Shown piece after piece: positions 37,169 through 49,091 of a stretch of DNA of 64,000 nucleotides. The notes under the pieces were generated by a model, which was not told the origin of the DNA, made no database searches, and saw nothing but the letters and a program-made list of their open reading frames with translations. The position numbers and the translations under genes are program-made. Numbering within the stretch: the stretch's first letter is position 1; every line of letters begins with the position of its first letter. Source of the DNA: Tricharina praecox (Eukaryota); the NCBI RefSeq assembly GCF_024521635.1, contig NW_026250404.1:744001-808000 (forward strand), given 5' to 3'.

Positions 37169-40100
37169 TGTTGATATTCCTGTTTGTCTCGGGTGGTTCA
37201 GGGATTGAAGGAAGCGATGGGAGATGGCGATGAGGGAGGGGGGTGGGGGATGACGATTGAGTATGGGGGTGGGGATTGTTTACGGAGGTCGCGCTGCGTT
37301 GTCGATGCGAGTGCTGCTTTGGAGGGGAGCTGAGCTTGGGGGCTGCAAAGAGGGAAGAAGTCAGCCGTAATATTCATTTTCAGCTCTCAGAGACTCCCAC
37401 GTATTGCACATACATCCTTGGATCGATAGATGATCGCCGGTAACTAACAGCGGAACTATGTTTGGTTCTTATGATACGTATCTAACCGTCGAAAGTGGAT
37501 GATATGTTTCGTTGGGAGGAAACAGAGGAAGAAGAAAGCTCCTTCTTTAATCCCACCCACCTGTTAGGCTATCCGTACCAGGATACGGATGCGCTCCGAT
37601 GAAAGGTGCTAGTCTTATGCCGTAGTGGGTGTGCTATTGGAACGGGAGTGTTCATAGTGTCGGAGTTATGCTGCGAGAGAGGTTTCGTCCGCCCTACTTT
37701 TTGGGGCGGACTGGGGGGGGAGAGCAGTACTGGGGGGAGTACGACGTTGTAAGACGCCCAACCCCGGCTGCAGGAAGCCAATAAGAGACTCCGAAGGAGA
37801 TACTACGTTGTGGCAGGGAGATCTGCTTTGGCTCGGGGTACCCAGCTAACTAGTTGGCTAACCAGTCCAGGACTGCTGCCAGTGGGGGAGAGGGGAGGGG
37901 GCGGTAGGGATGAGTAGTGAGTCAAGGTGAGGGTGTCTGTACCTGCTCCAGGGGCCTTTCGTTCCAGTGTCGTCGTCTCTCCATCGGGCAGTGGTGGTGG
38001 TGCTGCTGGTGGTGGTGTTGCTGGTGGTGGTGGTGCTGCTGCTGGCGGTGGTGATACAGAGTAGTTATTCCGAGTAGGAATGGCACCTACATGCGTATGT
38101 AGAGCATCTTGAGCAGCAGCCATACAGCAACGTGCACAGCCCTCCACCCCCAGGGCGAGAGGATATTGGCCTGCATTCGATTCTCGACGACGCGACTGAC
38201 TGGAGTCGAGGGGAGAGCGGAGTAAAGTGTTCGGGGCATGGATGCGAAAGTGTCATGGGGGGTGAGGAGGGGAGGGGAGGGGGTGAGCGGCGATTGCGGA
38301 GGGGTGTGGTGGGGAACGCCGCGGATTTGCTGGAGCGGTGGGAGTGTGTGTCGGTGATGGCTGTGGTGGTGCGCTGGACACCTCAGGCCATATCATCACC
38401 GTTCTTGCCGTGCGGTGAACGTTCCTTCCTTCGCCAATGACGAAGTTGATCCGACCCGATTGGCGCAGACGGTGGCTTCGCGCAGGGATCGATCGCTTCA
38501 CCCTCCACCACCAACACCAACAACAAAACCTGGTAACCTTACTTAGGGATCCGGATGGGACCGTGTGCTACTCTAGACGGGCACTGGGCGGCAGTGTCGT
38601 TCTGGAATTTCCGGCTCGCGTGCGTATCCGTCGGACCGAGAGCAACACACGCACACAATGTGACAACCCTGGCAGCAGAAACAATGCAAACCATGGCCGC
38701 GGACTGCGACCCTGTCAACCAACGCTCATCAGATGCGCCATGTCCGAACGACTAGTACCGACCAGACAACCACCTCCGTCCGATTCGCTTTTCAGGAGGC
38801 TACGGTACTCTACTAGTAGTGTTTGGGCGCAGCCGGATTAGCGACCCTTCACCGCCCACGGAAACGTGACGTTGTCGAAGATATGGTCCGGAATGCTCCG
38901 GTAGGCACCAACGGTATCCAATCCACCTCTCTGCTGTCAGCGTTACGAATCACGATACCTACCTTCCCTCATCTAGGCCACCTGATGATGTAAAGTAAAA
39001 ACAGCAACTGTCTCCTCCGCTGCGGCGGTCTTCCTCGCTCTTGTGGACCGCATTAGTTACCGTAGGTCCGTAACCGACGACTTCAAAAGCAATATGATAG
39101 GTACGTGGAGTACGTAGTCGGTATGTAACTCTACTAACCGCTCGTTCCTGGATGAATCCTGAACGAACGGTTACCTAGGTCCTAGGGAGCGCCTGCGAAC
39201 CAGTGTCCTGACTTTCCTCCTGGATTATCTGTCACACGCGCCGTGAGCGCCACTGAGCGCTCGTGCGGTAACAAATAAATTATCTACCATACACGAGTAG
39301 AAAGATGGATACTCGAGTGCTGGGTAGTCTAGTTGGTTAGTTAGTGGGTATGTCGGATCAGCATCGCCAGCTCATCGACAAGGAGCGTGACGTCCCCGTC
39401 CCCGTCAACAATGATCCACTGGAATCCGGATCATCCAGATCTCATGTGCGAGCGAGCAAGCATGGAGCTAGAGTAAGGACTCTAGTAGAGTGATCACGGC
39501 CAGGTTCATGATGCTTCGTCCAAACTCCAAAACCTGCCGGATTTTTCCGCGTATCTGCGTCAATGTTTATAATAGCTAGTACCTAGGTCTAACTAGCCTC
39601 TTCGCTCTGCCAGCGCGAGTGTAGATGTATCTGATACCAGTACATACCAGTACATACAGCGGGGGCTTAGTTATGCCTCTGAGACGAGGGGCCTCGCGTA
39701 CGGTATTCACGGCCGTGGATAGGTAATGTGTTTACTAGTATGTAGCTTGTACGATCGTGAGACGGTTTACGGCATCATACCTGTCACCCCGAGCTACAGC
39801 CTACGGTGCCGGCTTGGATCCTCCGGCGAATGGCAGCTTACCGAACGAGCAGATTCCAGATGTGGTACATCTATAATCTGGAAAGAGGCTTGGGTACATG
39901 CCTAGACGGTAGACAAGATCCTGACATTCGGCGATGTTTATCCAAAGTGGCGGGCTTAACGCAGGCGAGTTCGAGGTATTATGAGTAAGTACTTGGTCCT
40001 TCTTCTCAGCCCTTGATAGGATTAGGAGGTAGCTTGCCATGGTAAACAATCCCCTTCCAACCACAGGTTTTTCCAGCGCATGACAATTTTGAAGGGCACG

Positions 40101-41914
40101 GTGGAGAACATCGTAGGTATGTATACCATAGCGAGTACCGACTGCTTGGACGGCGGAACGCACGCGCGCACGCACGCCCGATCCAGCATCTACGGTACTC
40201 TAGTTGCCTCTCCCGTACATACCTCGTGGCAAATCCCCCTATCTACTAGTACATAGCTGGCCGCAACTTACCTATGCATAGCACGGTATTGCCCGCGGAA
40301 CATCGCCGAAGAAAACGGCATCTCCCTCCGTCTTGTCTTGTCTCATATCTCAGCAACAACAGGCGCAGTCTTGACTCGACGAAGGAAGGATGGATCGGAT
40401 CCAGATTCCACAGTGCCCCCCTGCGCTGCCTACTCCCCCGAGTCCCCCCTCTCCACGCTCTCCCACTTCCGCGAACCGAAGCGTCACTAGAGTTTCTGGA
40501 GTTTCTGGAGTACAGGCCTATTCGAGGAGTCCTCCGGCCCGGGTCCGAGCCCTCAGCCCAACAGTCTACAGATATGTACATATACTTGGTATCACGACTG
40601 ACCGCAAGCCCAGTCGTCACTACTCATCCACTCTCAAGAACAACTTCGGCACAAGCCAAATACGGTACCAACAAAGGCGGGGAGAGCTACTTGGAAGAGA
40701 CATATGCAAGGAGCGGTTAAGACTCAAGAAATCATCACATTTACATTGGCAGTGGCCACTGGCTGCATCGCAGAGTGGAGTGGAGTGGAGTGTTTCGGAC
40801 TCATGATCTCACTCGTGCCGAGCCATCCGCCACGGAGGCAATGATTAAAAAAAAAAAAACACAAACCACGTGCACCCTGTGGCTTTGCGCGCGGTGCCCA
40901 GCGAAATTGATTAAAGAACTGGAAGCAGCAGTACGCATTCAGGCGTCCTGAGGGTTGAGCTGGGACAAAAGCCAAGCACTGCTACCTTGTACAGATGATA
41001 GGATACCTCAGTACCTACTCTACTCTACATAACTACTGCGGATTTCCGTAGGCACATACATGCATCTTACACAGCAAGATGTCATGCTCGCAAAGGAATT
41101 CACATTTCAGGTTGAGGATTCCCTTCCAGGTTCACCATGATTTGCAAGCTCCTGCGTATGTATGGTGTGGCGTGTAACTCAGTAACTAAGCAAGCAACAC
41201 TGTAGGTATATAGAGCATGCATGTAACAGTCCAGCTCATCGATCGCTTGGCAGGCACGTCTCTGCTCTGGCATCATCCCCATCATCCCACATCTAGAGTA
41301 CATAACAAGTCCTGGGTATTGCTGCCTAAGTCCGCGCGGGGGGCGGGAACCAGCAGAGCGGTGAAAATCGAAAAGACAACCTCGCACTCGCGTAACGTAG
41401 AGTAGATACCGGTAGGTAACGATCCCTTCTCACCGCTCAGCTCGGATCCCCCCGTCGTCGCCGTCACCGTCACTGGCCGACGCAACGCAACGCAACGGAA
41501 TACTTAGAAACGCGTACATACGGAGAACCGGTTTTATGCTGTGAGTATGCTGTGAGAGTGAAGTGCTCGTTCCGATGGGCCGGCGACTGGACGGGATGGA
41601 ATGGAATGGAATAGTTTGTTCGAAGGAATACTTACATAAGAACTTACTCTTACATACTTGGGTAACTCGGCAGGTAGGGCGCAGCTTTGGTGGAGATTAA
41701 TAGGTATGAATGCATATCGTCACTATGGTGTTCTTGTGGCAGCCAAGATGCAGAACAACACCCTCCAAAGCGTCACAAACGTTACATCGAAGAGACAAGG
41801 CAGACCGACCGCCGGCGAGCGATAGATATCTTCACCCTCAACCACATGTGGGATTTTGGCATGTACGAGCGAAGGTTTGTTCAAGGCTCCGCGGACTCTG
41901 GAGCCGGTGGAAGG

Positions 41915-41946
<32 letters not shown>

Positions 41947-42912
41947 GCATATTGAGCCACGACACATCAAGCCACGACAGCTGAGCAGGCTGAGCGATGG
42001 GCTTCTCGTGGAGAGAGAGGTAACTACATCAGTAGTTACTCTGGAAGCAGCGGAAGGTGGAGTAGAGTTAAGCGTATGATGGCACTGTGCTTACTGGCTA
42101 TAGGTCCTCTAGGTATACTTGCCCTACCGCCGATCCGGCTAAACGTGCGAGGCCGACAGTCTCCAAAGGCACATTCACGCCTGCTGGCTGCTGCTGATTT
42201 CCTCAGCCGGGAACCGCAACCTCTATCTACCTATCCACCCAGCCGTGATCCGAAGGGAAATGTGAGACCAAGCGGCTGAACTCGAACTCGCGCACCGTTG
42301 GATTTATGGAAATCGGCATGTACACATCTTGTACATATCAGCGTAAACTCGCATCGGCCTCGAGGAACATTGGTACGCAGCGCTCGGTTACCTAGCTGGT
42401 GATGCCAAGTTGCCAACTGACTACCGTAACTACAGCCCAACATGTGATGCTTTCCCGCCACAGCTGAGTTACCGTGAAGCCTTCCGAGTGCGTTTGCGCG
42501 GCGCCACTACGGTATCAGTCATGTTCTTCCACCCGGCACTTCTGCCTACAAGCGGCATGTGTATGTACGAGTAAGCAACATTTCCAGCAGAACATGCGCA
42601 TGCACAAAAGCCAGGTACGGTACGCCGGTATGTATGTACGGAGGCTCGGCTACCCCATGCTGCTTTCCCCTCCATCATGCACGAGGGTTTTGCGGCTCTT
42701 CGTCTTTCACAGATGCCTAGCGACAGCCAGTTCTAGGCACGACGATTTGCGCGTGCTACACGACGACGACGGGCCCGCGAGAGAGAGAGAAACCTTCTTA
42801 AAAGTTTGCCATCTCCCGTCTTTCCGACAGAGTCTCCTTGTCCGAGTAGCTTTTCTTTCATATACAATACAGAATTATTCGGAAACATCCGATCGAATCG
42901 CCGCTTTTTTCG

Positions 42913-44816
42913 ATGGGTATGTCCGGTTTGCTCCCCCAGAGTACGCCATGCCCGGCGACTTTCAACGAATCCTCCGGCTAACCGAATGGATATGCACATC
43001 AGACGTCCCAGCAACATCTGCCGCAGCGGAACGGGGCAATGCAGTGGTACATGGCCCTTCTGCAATCCCACTCCGTTAGTTAGCCTCGCCTTCTAACCGA
43101 TATCCATCCATACGAGTAGCCATTTACTGCCGAAGATGCACGCGCTGGCCTTTTCGGGAGCAGAGCAGATGTTGGCCAGGCGGAGGAGATACAGCACCCA
43201 CATCAATATCACCATCACCATATCCGCGGACCTGTGGGAAGCCCCGGCCAACACCTCTTGAGCGAATCTCCACCTCCTTTTGACCCATATGCCAAAACCT
43301 TGCGGTGTAGTTGGGCGGACTGTGGCTTCACATGCCATTTCACTCAGAGTACAGGCTGGAGGTATGTACTTGCCACTAACCATTCTCCATCTCACATCAT
43401 ACTACTATGGTCAGCTAACCGCTTCGCAGGGAGCATAGGAGGTCTCGGGGCGTCTGCCGTTCTAGTCGGAACCGAGCACGCTGCTGTTTCACAGCGTGCA
43501 ATGACTCTTCGTCATCTTTCGCCAGCATCCAAGAGGCATATATTCACGAAGACACGGCGCACACCATCTGGGTGTGCATCAGTTGCAAATATGCCTTTTC
43601 GCAGTCCAACCATGCATTGAGGCATATCAAGCTCGAGCACCCCATGATCGTCGTAGCGGAGACGGCGATCAAAGTGCTGTGGATGCTGCATCGACCGGCT
43701 GGACATGCGTTTTCGATGGAGTTGGGATCGTGTGTCGACCTCGAACGCCCATTGGTGAAATTGCCCTTCGAAGAGGGAGTCTCGCCAAGTAACACGAGGC
43801 TGCTGCTGCTCCACGATAGCAATAATCCTCCGGAATATATGAAGGCCGCCGTAACGCGATACCTCGCGGCCAATATGACGACGTTGAATGCCTTCTTGGC
43901 GGATACACTTCCATTGGATGATGCGAACGGGAGATTTTTGACCGGTTATATCGAACAGCAGACCCAGATTCCGCTCGGTCAAGCCGGCGAAGCAAAGCCT
44001 TGGGGCAACACCGGTAGCGTCCCAACAACATCGGCGCGGCTATCATCGGTGCAGTCAGCGTCAGTTCAGCCGACTCCGTTATTCACTGACCCGAATGCCA
44101 AGCCAGCCTTCTTCGACGCACCCGCCTACCAGGCTCGCAGGCCGCACCGCGAATCATCATGGCACGTGCCACAAGTCCTCACATCCGGCGAGGCACCGGA
44201 GCCGCGTCCCCGTCTTCACCGACGAACCTCATCGGGGGGCTTCGAGCCGCTACAAGAAAAGTCGCTCTCAGGCGAGAAGCAACGCGAGTATTTCCTGCAG
44301 ATGCAGGACTGCATCGTCGAGGCAGCGTTCGACTTCTACATCCGGCACCACAAGATCCTCGACACCGTGACAGACCGGAAGCGACGGCCGCTCTGCTGTG
44401 CCACCGCGGGCCGCGAGCGGATCACGAACAAGAACGACCTCACCCTGCCGCAGTGGACGCATCTGCTCCGGCGACTGTCGGATGCGAAGGGCCTCCTGCG
44501 CAACATGGTCTCGCGCCTCGAGTCGTTCAATGGCGAGATCCAGCCGGTCGACGAAGTGCGCCACGCCTATTCGAAAAAGAAGGAGAAGTCGGATCGCGAC
44601 GTGCTGGCGCTGGTGCAGGTGACGCGGTGCTTCTGCTGGCAGCTGAGGGATTGGGAGAAGTGCAGCCAGCTCGACGACCTTTACGAGACGGTCGAGGCGC
44701 GCATCGCGCTTGCGAAGAGGGAGAAGGAGTGGCTGATGCAGGGCGTAGACGCGACGCCACTGCGGCCGATGCCGCCTACAAGAACGAGTGCGACGTGGCC
44801 GAAGGTCGCGCAATAG
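42913..44816 (+). CDS. Zinc-finger protein ZF5 (three fingers plus C-terminal helical domain of unknown function)
   Basis: Clear intron 43362-43429 (GTATGT..GCTAAC..CAG) gives RCSWADCGFTCHFTQSTGWREHRRSRGVC..RCCFTACNDSSSSFASIQEAYIHEDTAH-TIWVCISCKYAFSQSNHALRHIKLEH; last exon 43430-44816. The 5' exons are tentative (ATG 42913, intron 42917-43002, second intron ending at ~43119). Confidence 0.75.
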
Positions 44817-47800
44817 GCTGTGGGTATGTCAATGAATGGTATCTACATAACGTGGTTGGAGCGGAAGAACACCATGTGCCGTTTAGGGCTCGGATGGGAC
44901 TTTTTGGGCGAACAGTTTGTTTTTTCTTCTTTATTTTTCTTTTCTTTTTTTCTTCGGAGTTCTGGGAAGAGGAAGGCGGTGGGTGGCGGTGGGTGGATAC
45001 GTAAAAGTTGCTTTGTTTCCAGATGTTTTGTGAGTATTTTGGGGGGTGGGAGTCTTGGAGAGAGTGGGCTGAGCTGCGCATGTGGTCCGGCCAGCCTGAT
45101 CTTGGCTCGATCGTCAGCCAACTCATCGGTCGATCTTTTTTGGGGAGTGCACACCCAATCATCAATGTACGATTGTTCCTTTTGGAAAATTTTCCCCGCA
45201 TCGCATCGCATCACAAACGTCAAAGTTCAGCCTTTCAGCCTTTCAGCCTTGTCTCGTCTCCACCTCCCCGATCTGTCCATCATCCCCCAGTGTTGTGACA
45301 ACAGCCACGGCGGGATTCGGCGCCCACCCTCCCGCTCGTCCGTCAGAATTGGGGCGAGAGGTGTGCACGGTATACCTACCGTCACCGCATGCATCACCAT
45401 TCGTCGCTCGCTCGTGCGTCCATTCGTTCGTCCGTTCATTCATTCCAAACTTGAGGCACGAGAAACTTGTGGTCTGCAATGCACACTGCACCACCTACCT
45501 CTTGGCCTACCTACCGACCTATTGTGCACTTGTATCGTACCGTCTCATATCGTCTTCCGTTGGACCGGAACTCGGATCTCCGTCCGCGAAAGCCTAGCAA
45601 ATATGTATCTTAGGTATGTAATCAGTGGTTCGCATCGCCATTCTGTGCGATCAAATCGAATCGCAAACCGCCGAATCGTTTTTCGCGCGCGTGAGCGTGA
45701 GCATCAAAACACTGCGCGAGGAGTCTCCGCCAGCCATCCACATAAGTAGCCTGTAGGTAGGTAGGTAGCTGCCCATGCACCTTTTCTGCCTGTGTAACAG
45801 GTCTGTCGCCCGGACTAGAGCAGACACGGACTGGCTGTCGATATATGTGATCGGGGGTTGAAGCAAGAGAACGTTGCTGCTAGGGCTGGCGATGAGGTTT
45901 GCGGGGTCACTGGGCTTGGTTTGGTTGCATGGGTGGGTTGGTGGGTGGGTGTTCGCTGACTGGTAGGCTGGTCGTTATGTTGGTCGGCGATTAAATGGCG
46001 GATGTGATTTGACGAATGAACGGACGGGACCGGGCAGGTGGTTTAAACTTTACTCTAGAATTTTCGATGGAAGCCGCAGTACGTACTCTACATACATTCC
46101 TATGGAAGTATGTGAGTACGGTAGTTACGGGTGCGAAGAGTCGCAGTGCATGAGGATTCGTCGGTGCAAACCACTGCCCTACCTGAGTACATACCGTACT
46201 CGCTCTTTATCGAGCGAGCGATCTTTCTCCTCCATTCATTCATTTATCCACCAAGTCTTGTGCGCATGAGCGAACGAACGAAAAAGAAGGAAAGAACAAA
46301 ACGGAGCGCCATGCGCGCGTCGCACACACAAGAAAAAGCTAGAGTTTTGAGGATTCGAGTTTCGAAGCATGCATGGAAAGCCCACTCCATCTTGGCGCAG
46401 GCGTAGAGTAGCTACCAACTACAGTAGCACTAGTAGTAGCATTCGTCGGACTGACGTTTCAGCCTTGCGGGGTGCAGTGCGGTGCAGGGAGGGTGGCTGA
46501 GCACGCATGCTGAGCCTGCAGAACATCCTGAGCATCCTGAGAATGCAGAACACCGCGCCGGTTCGATTCGGTATCGAGCGGTTTGATGCGGGAATTCTGC
46601 TTGCTTGCCTGCCTGCTGGTCTGTCTGGTCTGGCTGGTCTACCTGGCTGGCTACCAGTCTGGCTCCCTGGATACCTGTGTACCGTACGGTAGGTATTATA
46701 TTGTCTGGCCCCGGTTACACACGTCGGGACTCGGGAGTCCGCTGCTCCTTTCATCTCCTGGCGTAAACCTGAAGAGTGAGCGGCAGGCGTGATCAGTCAG
46801 CGTGGCTGCGACTCATGAGATATCACTCCGTCTTTGGTACCATAGCAAATGCGTCAAGTTGAAAACTTGGAATGCGGGTTTCGGGGAATACTCTAGGTGT
46901 CCTGGAGAGGAGGGTAGAGCAAGTAGGTAGGGCGCTCCTCTCGAGGCTTCGGTGTCGGGGGAGTCGGATTTAATTCGCCACGGCCCACGGGCAGAACTGG
47001 TCGAACCGTGAACGCGGAGCGCTGGAACAAAACAACAAATCGGGCAACCATAGATATGGAGCCAAAGAAGAAAAAGAAAGAAAGAAAAATGGGAGGACTG
47101 TCCATATCACACCTATGCATCACAGAAGACCCCCGGTGGTTCTCGAGCTCGTGATAGGTATCATATCTGATCGGACGGAGGGAGAGGGTTTCCAGGTTTT
47201 TGACGATGACTGACACTGACGGCATGCAATTGGAGCGGCTTCAAGCCTCCTTCTTCGTACATAAGAGGTATGTACATGAACCAACGCACCCATGATAACA
47301 TGACAGCCTTCTGCAGCCTACAGAGCACCGGCATTTCCCCATACTAGCACAACATGCCCTCGGCTTTCCTTCCTCAACGCATTATACCTTCCAAGCCTAT
47401 GGAGACGGAACTTGGAAGGCCTGGTGTCGGCCGTCCAGTGACCAACATACCTGTTCCCGCCGCACCTATCAGAGAAGACCTTGCCCGCCTGGTACCTACT
47501 GCGCTGCGCACTGGTGCGCCGCCACTCCACGCCACTCGGTCACTCGGCCACCGAATCACGGCACGCCGCACTCGCACTCGCACTCGCACGAGTCGACTTT
47601 CCGCCCTCGCTCGCTCGCCGCCGGAGAAGGGATAGAGTAGATATCTCCATGGTGATGGCTACGCGTTCGAGATGTGAAAAGCTCGGCGCTCGGCGCTCGA
47701 GAGGCATAACTAGAGGTGCTCGGCACCCCCCGCTCGAGGCGGTCAATCACAGCACCTGGTAGGTACGCGGATGGCAACGGGTACACCGCGGTCCTCGCAG

Positions 47801-47931
47801 CGGCGGAGTGGGGAGCGGGAAGCTTGTGTTATTGCCCGCTGTGGTTGGCGGAGTCAGCTGCGGACCACGATATGATACGACTACCGTAGAGTACAATGAT
47901 GACATGTAATGGTACGGAATCATGAATGGAG

Positions 47932-48570
47932 CAGTGTTCGACATAGTCCGGTCCGTCCGTCCTGGGCCTCGGACCGAACTGGGCTGTATCTTGTCAGTCC
48001 GTCCGGGCGCAGTGTTCGGACAGACTAGTCCAAAAGATTTTGAGGTCAGGACGGACTGCAGTCGACTGCAGTCCCCTCCAGTCCTCGGAATCCACGGACG
48101 GGACGGACTACTGTTAGGCAGTCCGTCTGAAGGGTAGTGTTCTACATAGACCAGACCGGTCTTGGTTGAGTAAGACATCGACCAGATCTTCGATTTTCCG
48201 GTCGGGGTAAAATTAAGCAGACCATACCGTGGCTTTGGTCGGTCGGGATATAAGTAGACCGACCCGACCTCTGTCAGCAAGGTCGGCCTAGGTCGGCCGA
48301 CGTTGGGTTAACTGTTAATTCTATCAGCCGCAAAATTTTCCTTAGTTTCCGGCGGTAGTTAGAGCATTTCCGACGTCAAATGTTGTTTCTTAGCCAGACT
48401 TATCCCGACCTATGATTGGTCGGTCGAGATATATCCCGAATCGACCAGACCCTACCCCAATTTGGTCGAGACTGGTCTATGTAGAATACTGCCGAAGGGC
48501 CGGACCAGAACAGATCTTGGCAGTCCGTCCGGTCCGGACTGTAGTCCCGACCGGACTATGTCGAACACTG
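47932..48570. mobile_element. hAT-type MITE (outer element)
   Basis: 22-bp perfect TIR CAGTGTTCGACATAGTCCGGTC / GACCGGACTATGTCGAACACTG; 8-bp TSD GAATGGAG at 47924-47931 and 48571-48578; no transposase ORF. Confidence 0.9.
48135..48491. mobile_element. hAT-type MITE nested in the outer MITE
   Basis: TIR TAGTGTTCTACATAGACCAG / CTGGTCTATGTAGAATACTG; flanks CTGAAGGG (48127-48134) and CCGAAGGG (48492-48499), an 8-bp TSD with one mismatch. Confidence 0.85.
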
Positions 48571-48879
48571 GAATGGAGGTGGTGGACACTGAATATTGTA
48601 ATTTGTGTGCTGCTTTTGGAGGGAAAATTTGCACCGTCTATAGTAGCTGCGTTCTGGGTTTCCGGCTTCTGTATGTAGACGGGGTTGGCGAATAGACAGC
48701 CTTTTAGTCCTTTGCTTTTCGTTCACCAATCGACATGGTAGTATGATACCGTTTCGCCGAAAAAACGGGGATCTTCCTGTTCTAAACGGGTAACTACCGT
48801 ACTCCTTAGAACCAGCTGGTTACAAAGATTTCGATCCACCACACGAACGATACTTGGAAATTGGAATTGCACTGCGGTA

Positions 48880-49091
48880 CAGTGTTCTACATAAACCAGA
48901 TCGGTCGGCAGACCGGTCCAAGTCGGTCTTCCAAGGCGCATATCAGACCTGCGATTTTCCGGTCTGGATAAAATTAACCAGACCAGACCTATGTAGGCTT
49001 TGGTCGGTCTGGATATAAGTAGACCGACCAGACCTTACCCTGCTACCTATTTAGGTCGGCCTAAGTCGGCCGACATCGGATTAACCGTTAA
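48880..49091. mobile_element. Truncated copy (left half) of the inner MITE
   Basis: Starts CAGTGTTCTACATAAACCAGA and is colinear with 48135-~48318 (CGATTTTCCGGTC, GGCTTTGGTCGGTC, GGATATAAGTAGACCGACC, GGTCGGCCTA). No right TIR seen. Confidence 0.8.

Noticed and set aside
44820..45749. 309-aa ORF directly after the ZF5 stop
   Set aside because: Reads through T-rich 3'UTR-like sequence and has no coding-like composition.
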